Positions 62,366 to 64,000 of a DNA stretch of 64,000 nucleotides are shown here, piece after piece. The notes below the pieces were generated by a model. It had not been told where the DNA came from. It made no database searches and saw only the letters and a list, made by a program, of their open reading frames with translations. The position numbers and the translations under genes were made by a program. Source of the stretch: Gammaproteobacteria bacterium (lineage in GTDB: Bacteria; Pseudomonadota; Gammaproteobacteria; Pseudomonadales; Pseudohongiellaceae). Location: NCBI GenBank assembly GCA_021773355.1, contig JAJFKE010000026.1, positions 50,358-114,357 on the forward strand, written 5' to 3'. Each line of letters opens with the position of its first letter. Positions within the stretch are counted from its first letter, which is position 1.

Positions 62366-64000
62366 ATGAGCACATTAGTTCAATCACTGATCGCCCTGGC
62401 TCTGGTATGGGTTTTCGCCTATAGACGCGCTCGTATGTCTACCATATTGACCTCGCTGCTTCTGTTGTTACTACTGATGACTTTTTATGGGGGTGTTGCC
62501 TGGCTGCCCTGGTTATTGTTGCTGTTAGTGGGATTTTTCTATATTGCGAAAAACCTGCGTCTGCAATGGATGACCCTGCCTTTGTATCAGTTTTTCCAAA
62601 GCGTTTTGCCACCGATGAACCGCACCGAGATGGAGGCTTTGGAAGCGGGCGATATCTGGTGGGAGGCTGAACTCTTTCAGGGAGATCCAGACTGGAATGA
62701 ATTGCTGAGCTACCCGAAACCCGAGTTAAGTGAGGAAGAGCAATCGTTCATCGATAATGAAACCGAGACTCTATGCGAGATGCTGGATGACTGGCAGATT
62801 GTTCAGCATGATAAGGACATGTCCCCTGACGCTTGGCAGTATATGAAGGACGCCGGCTTCCTCGGCATGATTATTCCCAGAGAATATGGAGGTCTTGGTT
62901 TTTCCGCCATCGCTCACTCCAGCATAGTCACCAAGCTGGCGAGTAAAAGTAGCAGCGCCGCAGTTACCGCTATGGTGCCTAATTCATTGGGGCCGGCCGA
63001 ATTATTACTGAAGTATGGAACCGAGGAGCAAAGACAGCGCTATCTCCCTGGCTTGGCCAAGGGCTCTGAAATACCTTGTTTTGGACTCACCAGTCCGGAG
63101 GCTGGTAGCGACGCTGGGGCTATTATCGATTCTGGAATAGTCTGTACGGGAAATCATGAAGGCAAGGAATGCCTCGGCCTTTCACTTACCTGGAACAAGC
63201 GTTATATCACCCTAGCGCCAGTTGCCACAGTATTAGGCCTGGCTTTCAAGATGTACGATCCAGACCATTTGCTTGGCGATGATACCGAACTGGGGATTAC
63301 TGTAGCTCTTATACCAACTAATCATCCAGGCGTGGTGCACGGCAATCGACATAATCCTATGGGCATGGCCTTTATGAATGGACCGACTCAGGGGGCCGAT
63401 GTTTTTATTCCGCTGGACTGGATAATCGGTGGGGTTGATTACGCCGGAAAAGGTTGGCAGATGCTGGTGGATTGCCTATCGGAAGGCAGGGCTATTTCCT
63501 TGCCAGCGCTGAGCACCGCCATAGCAAAAGTATGCTATCGATTGAGCGGCGCCTACTCTCGAGTGCGCACTCAGTTCAATATGCCCATAGGAAATTTTGA
63601 AGGAATCGAAGAAGCCTTGTCGCGCATTGCTGGCTATGCCTATCAACTAGAAGCCTCTAGAGTGATGACTGCAGGAGCCGTGGATTTACATATCAAGCCT
63701 TCTGTCGTTTCTGCAATCGCCAAATACCATATGACAGAAAATGCGCGCAGGGTCATTCAGGATGCCATGGATGTGCATGGTGGCAGGGGCTTGATTCTAG
63801 GCCGGGCGAACTATCTGGCCTACGCCTATATGAGCGTACCCATCGCCATCACCGTCGAAGGCGCGAATATATTGACGCGAAATCTGATCATTTTTGGTCA
63901 AGGTGCTATTCGCTGTCATCCTTTCATTTTTAGAGAGATGCAAGCGGCTAAAGATAGTGATACTGAGGCAGGCCTGCAAGAGTTCGACAGTTTGATATTT
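62366..64000 (+). CDS. fadE: acyl-CoA dehydrogenase FadE (first 545 codons; continues beyond the window)
   Basis: Not in the ORF track because it has no stop within the window. My translation from ATG 62366 gives two N-terminal TM helices, then PPMNRTEMEALEAGDIWWEAELFQG, TSPEAGSDAG and IFGQGAIRCHPF. These match E. coli FadE text. Confidence 0.85.
   Translation, partial: MSTLVQSLIALALVWVFAYRRARMSTILTSLLLLLLLMTFYGGVAWLPWLLLLLVGFFYIAKNLRLQWMTLPLYQFFQSVLPPMNRTEMEALEAGDIWWEAELFQGDPDWNELLSYPKPELSEEEQSFIDNETETLCEMLDDWQIVQHDKDMSPDAWQYMKDAGFLGMIIPREYGGLGFSAIAHSSIVTKLASKSSSAAVTAMVPNSLGPAELLLKYGTEEQRQRYLPGLAKGSEIPCFGLTSPEAGSDAGAIIDSGIVCTGNHEGKECLGLSLTWNKRYITLAPVATVLGLAFKMYDPDHLLGDDTELGITVALIPTNHPGVVHGNRHNPMGMAFMNGPTQGADVFIPLDWIIGGVDYAGKGWQMLVDCLSEGRAISLPALSTAIAKVCYRLSGAYSRVRTQFNMPIGNFEGIEEALSRIAGYAYQLEASRVMTAGAVDLHIKPSVVSAIAKYHMTENARRVIQDAMDVHGGRGLILGRANYLAYAYMSVPIAITVEGANILTRNLIIFGQGAIRCHPFIFREMQAAKDSDTEAGLQEFDSLIF

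Noticed and set aside
1-64000. Looked for CRISPR arrays, tRNA/rRNA genes, transposases, integrases, phage genes, reverse transcriptases, restriction/defence-type ATPases or nucleases, and toxin-antitoxin pairs.
   Set aside because: I saw no spaced direct-repeat array and no tRNA-like T-arm/acceptor pattern. None of the translated ORFs carries motifs of these families. The only mobile-like signature is the non-coding inverted-repeat element at 9071-9225.

Overview
This is a dense, almost entirely protein-coding 64-kb stretch with about 55 credible CDSs. I saw no rRNA or tRNA gene, no CRISPR array, no transposase, integrase or phage gene, and no recognisable defence gene. The gene content includes a TonB-dependent receptor, many Sec/Tat-exported proteins, two sulfite-oxidase-family molybdoenzymes with c-type cytochromes, NhaC, FadE, RecQ, RimK and YdbH-YnbE-YdbL. 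It reads like the chromosome of an aerobic marine Gram-negative heterotroph, probably a gammaproteobacterium (inference only). All functional calls come from reading motifs in the supplied translations and the DNA; no database search was possible. I did not find a clear-cut new system. The best candidates for follow-up are these. (1) A co-directional six-gene cluster at 9251-13985: small membrane protein, signal-peptide-bearing SAM-methyltransferase fold, exported protein with a C-terminal YEYACHEGN motif, Tat-exported SorA-like molybdoenzyme, cytochrome c, SRPBCC protein. (2) A CysK/CysM-glutaredoxin fusion at 15641-17146. (3) The RimK neighbourhood at 19867-23759: ATP-grasp ligase, M14-like deacylase, retropepsin-like protease, double Zn-ribbon protein, transglutaminase-fold protein. 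(4) A perfect in-frame tandem duplication (51-nt period) that doubles the twin-arginine motif of the second molybdoenzyme, at 35384-35476. (5) A 155-bp MITE-like inverted-repeat element at 9071-9225. (6) A 1.09-kb very AT-rich region without a credible ORF, between a membrane-anchored AraC regulator and a 1003-aa TonB-dependent receptor, at 46102-47187. (7) A phosphorylating-type GAPDH gene embedded in a VOC / thiolase-like / SDR / SDR cluster at 53287-58224.
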